DNA of 64,000 bases from a virus. A program made the position numbers and the translations under genes. This document shows, in pieces, positions 1 through 8,352 of this stretch. Under the pieces are notes generated by a model, which saw only the letters and a program-made list of their open reading frames with translations, did no database searches and was not told where the DNA came from. The stretch covers positions 64,001 through 128,000 of IMG/VR virus record IMGVR_UViG_3300020056_002227; one strand, 5' to 3'. How positions within the stretch are numbered: position 1 is the stretch's first letter; every line of letters begins with the position of its first letter.

Positions 1-2
1 CC

Positions 3-218
3 TCGTCTGGTACGAACAAGGGTGGCAACAATCTTACCGATTGGGCTACCATGGAAAAGAGAAAAGAATTCTATGATTACTTTGCCTCACTCTGGCCGGA
101 CAATTTTAGGGTCGTTGAGATAACAACCGAGAGTTCACGTAAGGGTTACAAGTTGGAACACAAGAGGCGCTTTTTCAATGACTACAAAAACCTAAAATTA
201 AAATTAAAAACCTCTTGA
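3..218 (+). CDS. C-terminal part (5'-truncated) of a possible GREB1/TET-associated-type glycosyltransferase
   Basis: Frame 3 is open from the window edge to TGA at 216-218 (SSGTNKGGNNLTDWATMEKRKEFYDYFASLWPDNF...); the T-x-KGGN...L-WPD pattern resembles C-termini of phage TAGT/GREB1-like glycosyltransferases. Fragment only. Confidence 0.4.
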   Translation, partial: SSGTNKGGNNLTDWATMEKRKEFYDYFASLWPDNFRVVEITTESSRKGYKLEHKRRFFNDYKNLKLKLKTS

Positions 219-243
219 CAAATAACACGAGGTGTATTATAAT
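215..243 (+). promoter_or_regulatory. sigma70-type early promoter
   Basis: Perfect TTGACA (215-220) - 17 bp - TATAAT (238-243) with upstream A-tracts, in front of dexA. Confidence 0.9.
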
Positions 244-270
244 GAACACTTACCTTAAAAGGATATCTCT

Positions 271-885
271 ATGAAGCACTGCATCATTGACTTTGAGACC
301 ATGGGCGTAGATGCAGGTAACTGTGTAGTTATCGACATGTCAGCATTTGTATTTGACTGGGATAGATTCACCTCAGCAAAGCCCTATGGTTTCGAAGACG
401 TTGCTGATGTTAGAAAATTCAAGTTTGATGTGAAAGAGCAGGTTACTAAATATAATTTTACAATCGACCCAGATACCGTAAAATTCTGGGAGAGTCAACC
501 TTCAGACGTTCGAAAGAATATTGCTCCGAAGAAAACAGACATAAGTATTGAACAGTTTACCGACGACTTCGTAGATTTCCTCATTCCGCATGGAAAGATT
601 TCTTATTGGTGGTCACGATCTAATACTTTCGACCCTGTTATTTTGTGGCGCTTATATAATGCTGTAGGTAAAAACAAGAAGATTCATGAGTATCTACCTC
701 ATTGGACTCTCCGTGATACGAGATCGTGGATAGATGCAAAATTAGATTTCCCAAAAAAGAATGGGTTCTGTCCAATTGAGGACGAACAATTGTGGGAATC
801 AACATTCAAGCATCATGATAGTGCTTGGGATGTATTGGCAGATGTAATGAGATTACAGCGCATTGATCGTGCCGAAAAACTTTGA
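271..885 (+). CDS. dexA: DexA-like DEDD 3'-5' exonuclease
   Basis: IIDFETMG, KFD.K.Q, TVKFWESQ..DVRKNIAP, FDPVIL, RDTR, HDSAWD match T4 DexA motifs. Confidence 0.85.
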   Translation: MKHCIIDFETMGVDAGNCVVIDMSAFVFDWDRFTSAKPYGFEDVADVRKFKFDVKEQVTKYNFTIDPDTVKFWESQPSDVRKNIAPKKTDISIEQFTDDFVDFLIPHGKISYWWSRSNTFDPVILWRLYNAVGKNKKIHEYLPHWTLRDTRSWIDAKLDFPKKNGFCPIEDEQLWESTFKHHDSAWDVLADVMRLQRIDRAEKL

Positions 886-908
886 CTATATACACTATGG
901 AGAAAAAA

Positions 909-1808
909 ATGTTCACACAGGCATCAATCGCTAAAGTAGATATGCCCCCAAACGGGATCAAATTAGATATGGACAATAATAAATTAGGGCTCGGTATTGT
1001 AGGTAAAGGCTTCGTTGGTGGGGCTGTTTCTGCTGGATTTGATACCAAGAATGTTAGACAACACGTGGTAGATCCCAGGCATTCGACACTGTCGCTTGAA
1101 GACCTGGCTGATATCAACCCAGATATTATCTTTATCTGTCTACCCACTCCCTGTCAGCTGAATGGTAAGGTAGATGCATCTCTGATTGCTAATACTCTAC
1201 ACAAATTTAACAGTGAGAAATATGAGGGTATTGTCGTTATCAAGAGTACCGTGGCTGCATCTGTACTAGATGCCTTTGTGAAGACATATGAAAATTTGAA
1301 TATCGTTTATAATCCAGAATTCTTGACCGAGGCAAATGCTAACGACGATTTCATTAACCCACCCTTTCAGATCTTTGGTGGTGAATGGGATCTATGTACA
1401 AAGGTCGAGCAGATGTACATTCAATACAGCAAGGTCAAGCCCGTACCGTCATTTAAGATGGATATCAAGGCTGCAAGTTTTCTTAAGTATACCGTCAACA
1501 GTTGGTTGGCAACCAAGGTCACTTTCTTCAATGAACTGAGACTCCTTTACGATACATATAATATGGAAACATCGTGGGAAGAGTTTGTTGGTGTTTTGGC
1601 ACACGAACCACGGATTGGTGCATCACATATGAATGTACCTGGCCCCGATGGTCAATACGGTTTCGGTGGGAATTGTTTCCCGAAAGATACCAAAGCCTTT
1701 GTAGAAGAATCCCGAAATTCTTCTATGCTGTCATTACTGGCAACGGCAATCGAACTAAATAATTCAATGAGAAACAGCGTGAAACTAGAAGAGGTAAAAA
1801 ATGGCTGA
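909..1808 (+). CDS. UDP-glucose/GDP-mannose dehydrogenase family protein (short, lacks C-terminal UDP-binding domain)
   Basis: GIVGKGFVG Rossmann motif, CLPTP, IKSTV, NPEFL, catalytic GFGGNCFPKD; ATG 909 follows GGAG (ORF track start 882). Confidence 0.85.
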   Translation: MFTQASIAKVDMPPNGIKLDMDNNKLGLGIVGKGFVGGAVSAGFDTKNVRQHVVDPRHSTLSLEDLADINPDIIFICLPTPCQLNGKVDASLIANTLHKFNSEKYEGIVVIKSTVAASVLDAFVKTYENLNIVYNPEFLTEANANDDFINPPFQIFGGEWDLCTKVEQMYIQYSKVKPVPSFKMDIKAASFLKYTVNSWLATKVTFFNELRLLYDTYNMETSWEEFVGVLAHEPRIGASHMNVPGPDGQYGFGGNCFPKDTKAFVEESRNSSMLSLLATAIELNNSMRNSVKLEEVKNG

Positions 1809-2013
1809 AAACAATTTGAAGCGTGAACTACTCGAAGCACTGAAAATGGGTTTCGAATCGAACATCCAACGGCATAAAGTAAATATTCAGGTGTTACTAA
1901 ATAATGCTGTTGGTGTTGCAGAGCACCCTGACGTTATGGAAACCGTCGAAGGTGAACTGTCGAAAATGGCTGAGTATGAAGATAAACTTGAAATGCTCCA
2001 AAAATACTTCTAA
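1801..2013 (+). CDS. conserved small hypothetical protein of marine T4-like phages
   Basis: GAGG SD; H..N..V.L.N.VG..EH.D....E.EL..MA.Y pattern recalled from cyanophage/pelagiphage hypotheticals. Confidence 0.7.
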   Translation: MAENNLKRELLEALKMGFESNIQRHKVNIQVLLNNAVGVAEHPDVMETVEGELSKMAEYEDKLEMLQKYF

Positions 2014-2028
2014 TCGGAATTTTTTATT

Positions 2029-2892
2029 ATGGACCTAAAAATCAGTACCGAAGATCTTAGAAAGTACAGTCTCTTTGTAGGTACACCCATGTATGGTGGT
2101 CAGTGTTCTGGTTTGTTCACTAAGGCATGTACAGACCTTTCCTTGGTTTGTGGTGCACACGGAATCCCACTTAAATTCTATTATCTTTTTAATGAGAGTT
2201 TGGTACAAAGAGCTCGTAACTATGTCGTAGATGAATTTCTTCGGTCTGATTGCACTCACCTTCTTTTCATTGATTCCGATATTGGGTTTCAGGCAAGAGA
2301 CGTTCTTGCACTTCTAGGGATTCAAACCTCTGACCCCGAAAAATATAATATCGTGACTGGCCCTTACCCCAAGAAAACAATTGCTTGGGAAAAAGTGTCG
2401 AAGGCAGCTGCAGAGGGTTTTGGCAAAGATGATCCTTTTCAACTGAATCAGTTCACTGCTGATTACGCATTCAATCCTGTTAAGGGTCAAACGAATCTTA
2501 AACTATCGGAGCCCATCGAAGTGGCAGAAGCAGGAACTGGATTCATGCTTATCCCTCGGGAAGTCTTAGAGAAATATAAAGAGGCTTATCCTGAACTCTC
2601 TTATAAGCCCGATCATGTTCGAACAGATAACTTTGATGGTAGCAGAGAGATCACAGCATTCTTTGATTGTGTGATTGACCCCGAAACCAAACGATATCTG
2701 TCTGAAGATTATTTCTTTTGTAAACAGGCCCGAGCTATTGGAATCTCTGTATGGATGTGTCCTTGGATGCAACTGAATCATGTAGGTTCTTATATCTTTA
2801 CTGGTAATATGGCTGCAATTAGTCGTATCGGTGCATCTGCTACGGCAGATAAAACGGCCAGTAGAAAAAACTACAAAAAGAAGAAAAAGTGA
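2029..2892 (+). CDS. GT-A fold glycosyltransferase (GT2-like)
   Basis: TPMYGG, NESLVQRARN, LLFIDSDI (DxD), GTGFMLI, YLSEDYFFC, HVG. Confidence 0.8.
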   Translation: MDLKISTEDLRKYSLFVGTPMYGGQCSGLFTKACTDLSLVCGAHGIPLKFYYLFNESLVQRARNYVVDEFLRSDCTHLLFIDSDIGFQARDVLALLGIQTSDPEKYNIVTGPYPKKTIAWEKVSKAAAEGFGKDDPFQLNQFTADYAFNPVKGQTNLKLSEPIEVAEAGTGFMLIPREVLEKYKEAYPELSYKPDHVRTDNFDGSREITAFFDCVIDPETKRYLSEDYFFCKQARAIGISVWMCPWMQLNHVGSYIFTGNMAAISRIGASATADKTASRKNYKKKKK

Positions 2893-2921
2893 TTGACATT
2901 TAACCCAACTTGTTATATAAT
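2893..2921 (+). promoter_or_regulatory. sigma70-type early promoter
   Basis: Perfect TTGACA (2893-2898) - 17 bp - TATAAT (2916-2921) upstream of gp45. Confidence 0.9.
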
Positions 2922-2954
2922 GACACCTAAATTTGAAATGGAGAAATCTATATT

Positions 2955-3617
2955 ATGAAATTTTCTGAACGTACACTAACCATTCTCAAGAGCTTTGCAG
3001 GAATTAACAAATCCATTCTCATGCGAGAAGGGAGTGTTCTTAAGACAATTACACCTGAAAAGACTCTCATTGCGATCGCTAATATCCCTGATGAGATCCC
3101 GTCAGAAGCATGTATCTATGATATGTCTCGTTTTCTGTCAATTTTATCGCTTTACGAGGATCCCGATGTTGAGTTTAATGATAAATACTTCATTATCTCA
3201 GAGGGTCGGCGTCGTACCAAGTACATCTACGCTGACATTTCAATGATTCATACTCCGCCTGAGAAAGAGATTTCGATCCCTTCCGAAGACGTTGTTGTTG
3301 ATGTGAAATGGGATGATTTACAGTCCGTACTGAAGGCTGCTGGCGTCCTTCAGTTTAGTGAGGTTGCATTTGTTGGCGAAAGCGGCAAGTGTTATCTCAA
3401 GGCAATCGACAGTTCTACCGAAAATGCTGACGACTTTGATGTTGAAATCGGAGACACTGACGATACGTTTAAGATTATCATTAAAACCGATAACCTTAAA
3501 CTGCTACCTCAAGACTATCGGGTTACGCTTTGCAGCAAAGGTATCTCAGAGTTTCGAGGCAAGGATGTCACGTACTTCGTGGCAATTGATTCTAAGTCGA
3601 CTTATAACAAAGGATGA
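2955..3617 (+). CDS. gp45: sliding clamp, DNA polymerase accessory protein
   Basis: MKFSERTLTILKSFAGINKSI, IYDMSRFLSILSL, NLKLLPQDY.V match T4 gp45; precedes clamp loader. Confidence 0.95.
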   Translation: MKFSERTLTILKSFAGINKSILMREGSVLKTITPEKTLIAIANIPDEIPSEACIYDMSRFLSILSLYEDPDVEFNDKYFIISEGRRRTKYIYADISMIHTPPEKEISIPSEDVVVDVKWDDLQSVLKAAGVLQFSEVAFVGESGKCYLKAIDSSTENADDFDVEIGDTDDTFKIIIKTDNLKLLPQDYRVTLCSKGISEFRGKDVTYFVAIDSKSTYNKG

Positions 3618-3622
3618 AAATT

Positions 3623-3883
3623 ATGAATGAGCAACAAGAACAGGTCACTATCCAATTGGGTGATATTGCAACTCTGGTACAGGTTATCGATGTTGTATCT
3701 CAACGTGGTGGCTTCCAAGGCCAAGAATTGGCAGGAGTAGGAATGCTACGTAACAAGCTCGAGATGTTTGTTCGTCAGAACAGCCCCGAGCAGGACGGTG
3801 AGGCTATGAAAGAAGCTGGTGCCGCTCCGGTCGATGTGGACGTTCCACCCGAAGGTCCGCTCGCAGACAAAGTGGTTGGCTAA
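3623..3883 (+). CDS. hypothetical protein
   Basis: AAGGA SD 8 nt before ATG 3623; IDVVSQRGGF.G.EL..VG.LRNK motif seen in T4-like phage hypotheticals. Confidence 0.7.
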   Translation: MNEQQEQVTIQLGDIATLVQVIDVVSQRGGFQGQELAGVGMLRNKLEMFVRQNSPEQDGEAMKEAGAAPVDVDVPPEGPLADKVVG

Positions 3884-3897
3884 CAATCACTTCTTAT

Positions 3898-3929
3898 AGA
3901 GGGATCTACGGGTCCCTCTTTTCTTTTTT
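3898..3929 (+). terminator. intrinsic terminator with C(UACG)G loop
   Basis: AGAGGGATC-TACG-GGTCCCTCT followed by T-rich tract. Confidence 0.85.
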
Positions 3930-3961
3930 ATTATGTTTTTATTTGATGAAGGTTTTATATT

Positions 3962-4915
3962 ATGTCCGTTGATGCAAAATCAAACGAAGTGTTATGGGTT
4001 GAAAAATATCGACCTCAAAAAATTAACGACACTATCCTCCCCGAAAAAACAAAGGCGATGTTTCGAAAATTTGTCGCCGATAACAATGTCCCAAATCTAC
4101 TACTAACCGGTGGCCCGGGTGTTGGAAAGACCACTATTGCTAAAGCTATGCTCGATGAGCTTGATTGCGATTACGTTGTCAAAAACGGTTCTCTTAATGT
4201 CAACATCGATACCCTACGATATGAAATCTCAACGTTTGCCTCTTCCGTTTCCCTCGCTGGTGGCCGGAAATATGTTATCTTTGACGAGGCAGACTACCTC
4301 AACGCTGCATCTGTACAACCCGCCCTCCGTAACTTTATAGAAGAATACTCTTCTAATTGTGGGTTCATCTTTACTTGCAATTTCAAAAATCGTATCATTG
4401 CTCCCCTCCGTTCTCGGTTATCTGAAATCGATTTCTCTATCGAACAAACCGAACGTCCTGCACTTGCTATGGAATTTTTCAAGCGCGTCAACACAATCTT
4501 GCAACAAGAGAATATCGACTACGACAAAAATGTAGTTGCCAAAGTAATCGAAAAACACTTTCCTGATTTTCGACGTGTTCTCACCGAACTGCAATCGTAT
4601 GCTGCATCCGGTAAAATTGATGAGGGTATCTTCGTCAATATCAAACAAGAATCGATTGATTCACTCTTTGCTCTGTTAAAGGCAAAAGACTTTACCTCGA
4701 TGCGCAAATGGGTTGCTAATAACTCTGATCAAGACATGAACGAGATGTTTCGTAGAATCTATGATGCTGCAACCGATCGAGTTGAATTTCGATCCTTGCC
4801 CGGATTCTGTGTGACCCTTGCTGATTATATGTACAAGGCAAATTTTGTTGCTGATCTAGAGGTGAACATGGTTGCATTCCTCACCGAGGTGATGATTGAG
4901 TGTGAATACAAGTAA
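3962..4915 (+). CDS. gp44: clamp loader large subunit (AAA+)
   Basis: LWVEKYRP, Walker A GGPGVGKT, Walker B IFDEAD, PLRSR. Confidence 0.97.
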   Translation: MSVDAKSNEVLWVEKYRPQKINDTILPEKTKAMFRKFVADNNVPNLLLTGGPGVGKTTIAKAMLDELDCDYVVKNGSLNVNIDTLRYEISTFASSVSLAGGRKYVIFDEADYLNAASVQPALRNFIEEYSSNCGFIFTCNFKNRIIAPLRSRLSEIDFSIEQTERPALAMEFFKRVNTILQQENIDYDKNVVAKVIEKHFPDFRRVLTELQSYAASGKIDEGIFVNIKQESIDSLFALLKAKDFTSMRKWVANNSDQDMNEMFRRIYDAATDRVEFRSLPGFCVTLADYMYKANFVADLEVNMVAFLTEVMIECEYK

Positions 4916-5106
4916 TGGTTTTTCGTAGAGGCATTGACCCATATCATGTTTCAAAAGAAAAGGCTACTGAACGCAAAGAAATTTGTAGATCTTGTGATTC
5001 ATATCTAAGCATGACCGACCAATGTAAAGAATGTTGGTGTTTCATTAGTCTTAAAACAAAATTGAAGAAACATCTAGGTGGTGAATGCCCGAAGGGGAAG
5101 TGGTAA
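4915..5106 (+). CDS. small Cys-rich protein (DUF6171-like)
   Basis: R..IC..C...C..CWC...K......CP.GKW; TAATG coupling to gp44. Confidence 0.7.
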   Translation: MVFRRGIDPYHVSKEKATERKEICRSCDSYLSMTDQCKECWCFISLKTKLKKHLGGECPKGKW

Positions 5107-5294
5107 TGTTAAAGAAAAAAGTAACTTGCTTTAATTGTGGTAATAAGGTTGCTTTCAAAAAGGCTTTCACAATTAAACTAAATACGTTAGAGGGTGCACA
5201 CGAGGTTAAGATGTGTGAACCTTGCTCAGAACAATTCGACGAGATAATGAAAGAGATAGAGGAGGTTCGCAGTGAAGGATATCAGTCCGTTTGA
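5106..5294 (+). CDS. small zinc-ribbon protein
   Basis: CFNC ... CEPC; TAATG coupling at 5104-5108. Confidence 0.65.
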   Translation: MLKKKVTCFNCGNKVAFKKAFTIKLNTLEGAHEVKMCEPCSEQFDEIMKEIEEVRSEGYQSV

Positions 5295-5673
5295 TTTTAT
5301 GAATGCAGCCTCTTTCTCTAAAGAGGACCTGATCGGCAACAACGAGAATCCAGAACTGATCGAAAAACAATATGCTGCTTATATTGTGAATCGAGGTTTT
5401 GCTAATTTTGACGATACGATCTTACACGCGAATGAAATGAACATGAGGCCCCATCTTTTCTATGCGGCTCAATTCGATTATTACCGTGGTGCTCTACGAA
5501 AACGCAAAAGATTTTCGAAATGGCCTAAACAGACCAAAGATGCAGATCTGGATGCAATACAAGAAGTATATCAGTGTAATAGGACTGTTGCCAAATTATA
5601 TCTTAAAGCCCTTTCAAAAGACGACATGAAGCGAGTGCATGACCGTCTAGTTGTTGGTGGAGTTGGAAAATGA
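5272..5673 (+). CDS. gp62: clamp loader small subunit
   Basis: GAGGAGG SD + GTG; Y.AYIVNRG, ANEMN, QFDYY, RKRKRFSKW. Confidence 0.92.
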   Translation: MKDISPFDFMNAASFSKEDLIGNNENPELIEKQYAAYIVNRGFANFDDTILHANEMNMRPHLFYAAQFDYYRGALRKRKRFSKWPKQTKDADLDAIQEVYQCNRTVAKLYLKALSKDDMKRVHDRLVVGGVGK

Positions 5674-5679
5674 TAAATA
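5672..5679 (+). promoter_or_regulatory. T4-type late promoter (GATAAATA)
   Basis: NATAAATA motif in the leader of regA. Confidence 0.5.
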
Positions 5680-5739
5680 GACAGAATGGTTTACCATTGA
5701 CGACACTACTAACAATTATTATAAAGGTGACTTTAAATC

Positions 5740-6144
5740 ATGGACAACGAGGATATTTTTAGAGGCGTGGGTGTAGAGGTCAAACTACCGACTGAAGATA
5801 GCTTCCTTAAGATTAAAGAGACACTTACTCGCATCGGTATCTCTTCTAGGAAGGAAAGGAAATTATATCAGTCCTGCCACATATTACACAAAAAGGGTAG
5901 ATATTCTATCCTACATTTCAAAGAGCTGTTTATCTTAGACGGCAAACATAATACATTCACAGAGGAAGATCAGGCGAGAAGAAACACCATCGTCAACCTA
6001 CTCGAAGAATGGGAACTGCTTGAGATAGTAGATAAAGAAAAGACCAAAGAGCCCGTTGCTGGACTCAATCAAATTAAGATTATTTCTTATAAAGATAAAG
6101 GTGACTGGGAGCTTGCTGTAAAGTATAACATTGGCAAAAAGTGA
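5740..6144 (+). CDS. regA: translational repressor RegA
   Basis: FLKIKETLTRIGISS, LYQSCHILHKKGRY.ILHFKELF.LDG, RRNTI. Confidence 0.97.
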   Translation: MDNEDIFRGVGVEVKLPTEDSFLKIKETLTRIGISSRKERKLYQSCHILHKKGRYSILHFKELFILDGKHNTFTEEDQARRNTIVNLLEEWELLEIVDKEKTKEPVAGLNQIKIISYKDKGDWELAVKYNIGKK

Positions 6145-6151
6145 GATTATT

Positions 6152-6664
6152 ATGAATGTCTATAAGGCATATGATGAGGCCGAAATTCCGGTCTTTGCTA
6201 CAGAAGGTTCGGCATGTTTTGATATCAAGGCAAATATCAAAAACGGCCAATATCTAAAATCTTATAACAATTGGAATAAAGAACAGAGTATTCTGGTAAA
6301 AGGAGTAGGGGGTCTACGAGACGCCTTTCAACTTCCACCAGGTATTCGATGTCTTGTACCTACCGGCTTAATCTTTGATATACCCGAAGGGCATGTACTA
6401 AAGATGTACATTCGTTCTGGTGTTGCACTAAAGAAAGGTTTGGTTCTTTCTAATGGTACAGGGATCATCGACTCTGATTATGTAGAACAGACGTTTATGA
6501 TGATATCGAACATGACCGATTGTCTGGTGACAATTGAAAACGGAGAAAGGTTAGCCCAAGGTATTCTCGAGCCAACCGTTCCTTATGATCTAGTAGAAAC
6601 CAACGAAAGACCGGTGCAGAAAACTGACCGAGATGGTGGTTTTGGTAGTACGGGTTCTAGCTAA
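6152..6664 (+). CDS. dut: trimeric dUTPase
   Basis: ATEGSACFD, RSG, GIIDSDY, ERLAQG, RDGGFGSTG motifs. Confidence 0.95.
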   Translation: MNVYKAYDEAEIPVFATEGSACFDIKANIKNGQYLKSYNNWNKEQSILVKGVGGLRDAFQLPPGIRCLVPTGLIFDIPEGHVLKMYIRSGVALKKGLVLSNGTGIIDSDYVEQTFMMISNMTDCLVTIENGERLAQGILEPTVPYDLVETNERPVQKTDRDGGFGSTGSS

Positions 6665-6950
6665 ACCTAGAAACCTTTTCTACTTTACAAGTATGACGGT
6701 TATCATCAATAAAGAAGATAACTCTTGTACCTTCTTTGAAGGTTCGAGCCTTAGTGGCAAATCGAACGTCAGAATTTTGTTCGATGGGTAGATTGCAGGC
6801 TGTTTCAATCTTCCAGTAATCACCTTGTCTCTTATCGTAGACAATCATACCAGTTTTGGTCATGAGAGTAGTATTTTTTGTGATATGAACTGGAACATCT
6901 GCAAACACAGATGTTGAAAACAACAAAGCCAATAGAGTTAGATATTTCAT
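6657..6950 (-). CDS. secreted/periplasmic protein with signal peptide (possibly DUF6491-like)
   Basis: AAGGA SD then MKYLTLLALLFSTSVFA-D (Sec signal, VFA cleavage), two Cys; true start 6950 rather than track start 7106. Confidence 0.7.
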   Translation of the reverse strand: MKYLTLLALLFSTSVFADVPVHITKNTTLMTKTGMIVYDKRQGDYWKIETACNLPIEQNSDVRFATKARTFKEGTRVIFFIDDNRHTCKVEKVSRFS

Positions 6951-6996
6951 AATGCTATCCTTTTGGTTGTATTTTTGATATATGACAGAAATATTA

Positions 6997-7017
6997 CATA
7001 TATACACCATATATATG
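6997..7017. promoter_or_regulatory. inverted repeat, candidate operator
   Basis: CATATATA-cacca-TATATATG between divergent genes; extra ATATATGA half-site at 6978-6985. Confidence 0.45.
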
Positions 7018-7035
7018 AATTTGAGGATCTTGGGT

Positions 7036-7191
7036 ATGAAGAAGAACGACACTCTCATTGTTAAAATTAATGATGCAGAGAAAAAGGAATTTCTTGAGTT
7101 GTGCAAGAATATTGATACTTCGGCGAGTCGCGAAGTACGTCATTTTATTCGAAAATTTATTGCAGAGCATACAGCACAACTGAATAAATAA
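7036..7191 (+). CDS. ribbon-helix-helix (CopG/Arc-like) DNA-binding protein
   Basis: GAGGA SD; 51 aa with beta-strand TLIVKIN followed by two helices (EKKEFLELC / SASREVRHFIRKFI). Confidence 0.7.
   Translation: MKKNDTLIVKINDAEKKEFLELCKNIDTSASREVRHFIRKFIAEHTAQLNK
7183..7190 (+). promoter_or_regulatory. T4-type late promoter (AATAAATA)
   Basis: NATAAATA about 6 nt upstream of the structured hsp20 leader. Confidence 0.6.
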
Positions 7192-7196
7192 ATTTT

Positions 7197-7283
7197 GTAG
7201 GATGCCAATTGGGTCCTACCAAATCGATGGGTATTTACCATCACTACAATTAAAACTCTTGCTTAAATAAGGAGAAACTTATG
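7197..7283 (+). promoter_or_regulatory. ROSE-like RNA thermometer in hsp20 5' UTR
   Basis: Three hairpins (7197-7219, 7226-7242, 7257-7275); the last is UCUU-G-CUUA-aa-UAAGGAGA, i.e. a UUGCU motif pairing with the SD with a bulged G. Confidence 0.75.
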
Positions 7284-7739
7284 ACTGGTTTAAATATTAA
7301 CCACCTCACCCCGTTCACTGTAGGTTTTGATAGAATGCTTGATCGACTCGAAACGATGTCTGATCACATGAATCGAAATAATACAGGATTCCCGCCCTAC
7401 AACATCCGTAAACAGGAAGATCATTTCTATATCGACTTGGCACTTGCTGGGCTCGATAAAGATGATGTTGAAATCGAAGTAGCAGATGGAAATCTCACCA
7501 TTCGTTCCACTTGGGACGAGCAAGGTGACTACTTCAATGCTGGTGGAGATATGCTCCACCGCGGTATCTCTTTCCGAAAGTTCACCCGTAATTTCTCTAT
7601 TGCGGAAGACATTCAGGTAGTAGATGCCGAATTTGTGAATGGTCTTTTAACGATTCATCTGGAACGCATTGTACCAGAAGAGAAAAAGCCCAAGAAAATT
7701 GAAATTGGTTTAGGTGAAAGGAAACTGTTAACCGAATAG
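7281..7739 (+). CDS. hsp20: small heat shock protein Hsp20 (IbpA-like)
   Basis: VGFDR, FPPYNI, LALAG, LHRGIS.RKF.R.F, NGLL.I.L...PEEKKPKKIEI. Confidence 0.95.
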   Translation: MTGLNINHLTPFTVGFDRMLDRLETMSDHMNRNNTGFPPYNIRKQEDHFYIDLALAGLDKDDVEIEVADGNLTIRSTWDEQGDYFNAGGDMLHRGISFRKFTRNFSIAEDIQVVDAEFVNGLLTIHLERIVPEEKKPKKIEIGLGERKLLTE

Positions 7740-7769
7740 TCTTCACCCCCTTTAATATGGAGATTAATT

Positions 7770-8324
7770 ATGAATAGAAATGGTAGACGCATCCCAGATG
7801 TGACCTTTCAAACACGTGTACGAGACGATTCTATCGATGGGCCAAATCCCTATCGATGGGAAGCCGTAACCACTGGTGACCTCTTTGATGGAAAGCGAGT
7901 GGTCGTATTTTCTTTGCCCGGTGCATTTACACCGACGTGTTCCACCTATCAGGTGCCAGGTTATGAAGAAAACTATAACCTGATTCGTGATCTAGGTGTT
8001 GACGAGGTATATTGTGCTTCTGTTAATGATTCATTTGTGATGAACAAGTGGGCAAAAGATCAATGTGTCGAAAAGGTAAAAATGATCCCAGATGGTACGG
8101 GATGCTTTACTCGACAAATGGGTATGCTTGTCGATAAGTCTAATCTTGGTTTTGGTTTGAGATCGTGGCGTTATGCTATGGTTGTGACTGATGGAAGAAT
8201 TGAGGCTTTCTTTGAAGAGCCAGGACTGAGAGATAATGCTTCTGATGATCCCTATGGAGAAACTGCTCCACAGATGATTATTGATTATTTGAGATCTGCA
8301 TCATCTCTACAACAGGCAAGCTAA
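7770..8324 (+). CDS. peroxiredoxin (Prx5/type II, Redoxin family)
   Basis: FSLPGAFTPTCS peroxidatic Cys, SVNDSFVM..W, PDG.G.FT, GFG.RSWRYAMVV. Confidence 0.93.
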   Translation: MNRNGRRIPDVTFQTRVRDDSIDGPNPYRWEAVTTGDLFDGKRVVVFSLPGAFTPTCSTYQVPGYEENYNLIRDLGVDEVYCASVNDSFVMNKWAKDQCVEKVKMIPDGTGCFTRQMGMLVDKSNLGFGLRSWRYAMVVTDGRIEAFFEEPGLRDNASDDPYGETAPQMIIDYLRSASSLQQAS

Positions 8325-8328
8325 AGAC

Positions 8329-8352
8329 AGAGGGGCTCCGGCCCCTCTTTTC
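8329..8352 (+). terminator. intrinsic terminator at convergent junction
   Basis: AGAGGGGC-TCCG-GCCCCTCT then TTTC; lies between the + strand and - strand operons. Confidence 0.85.
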
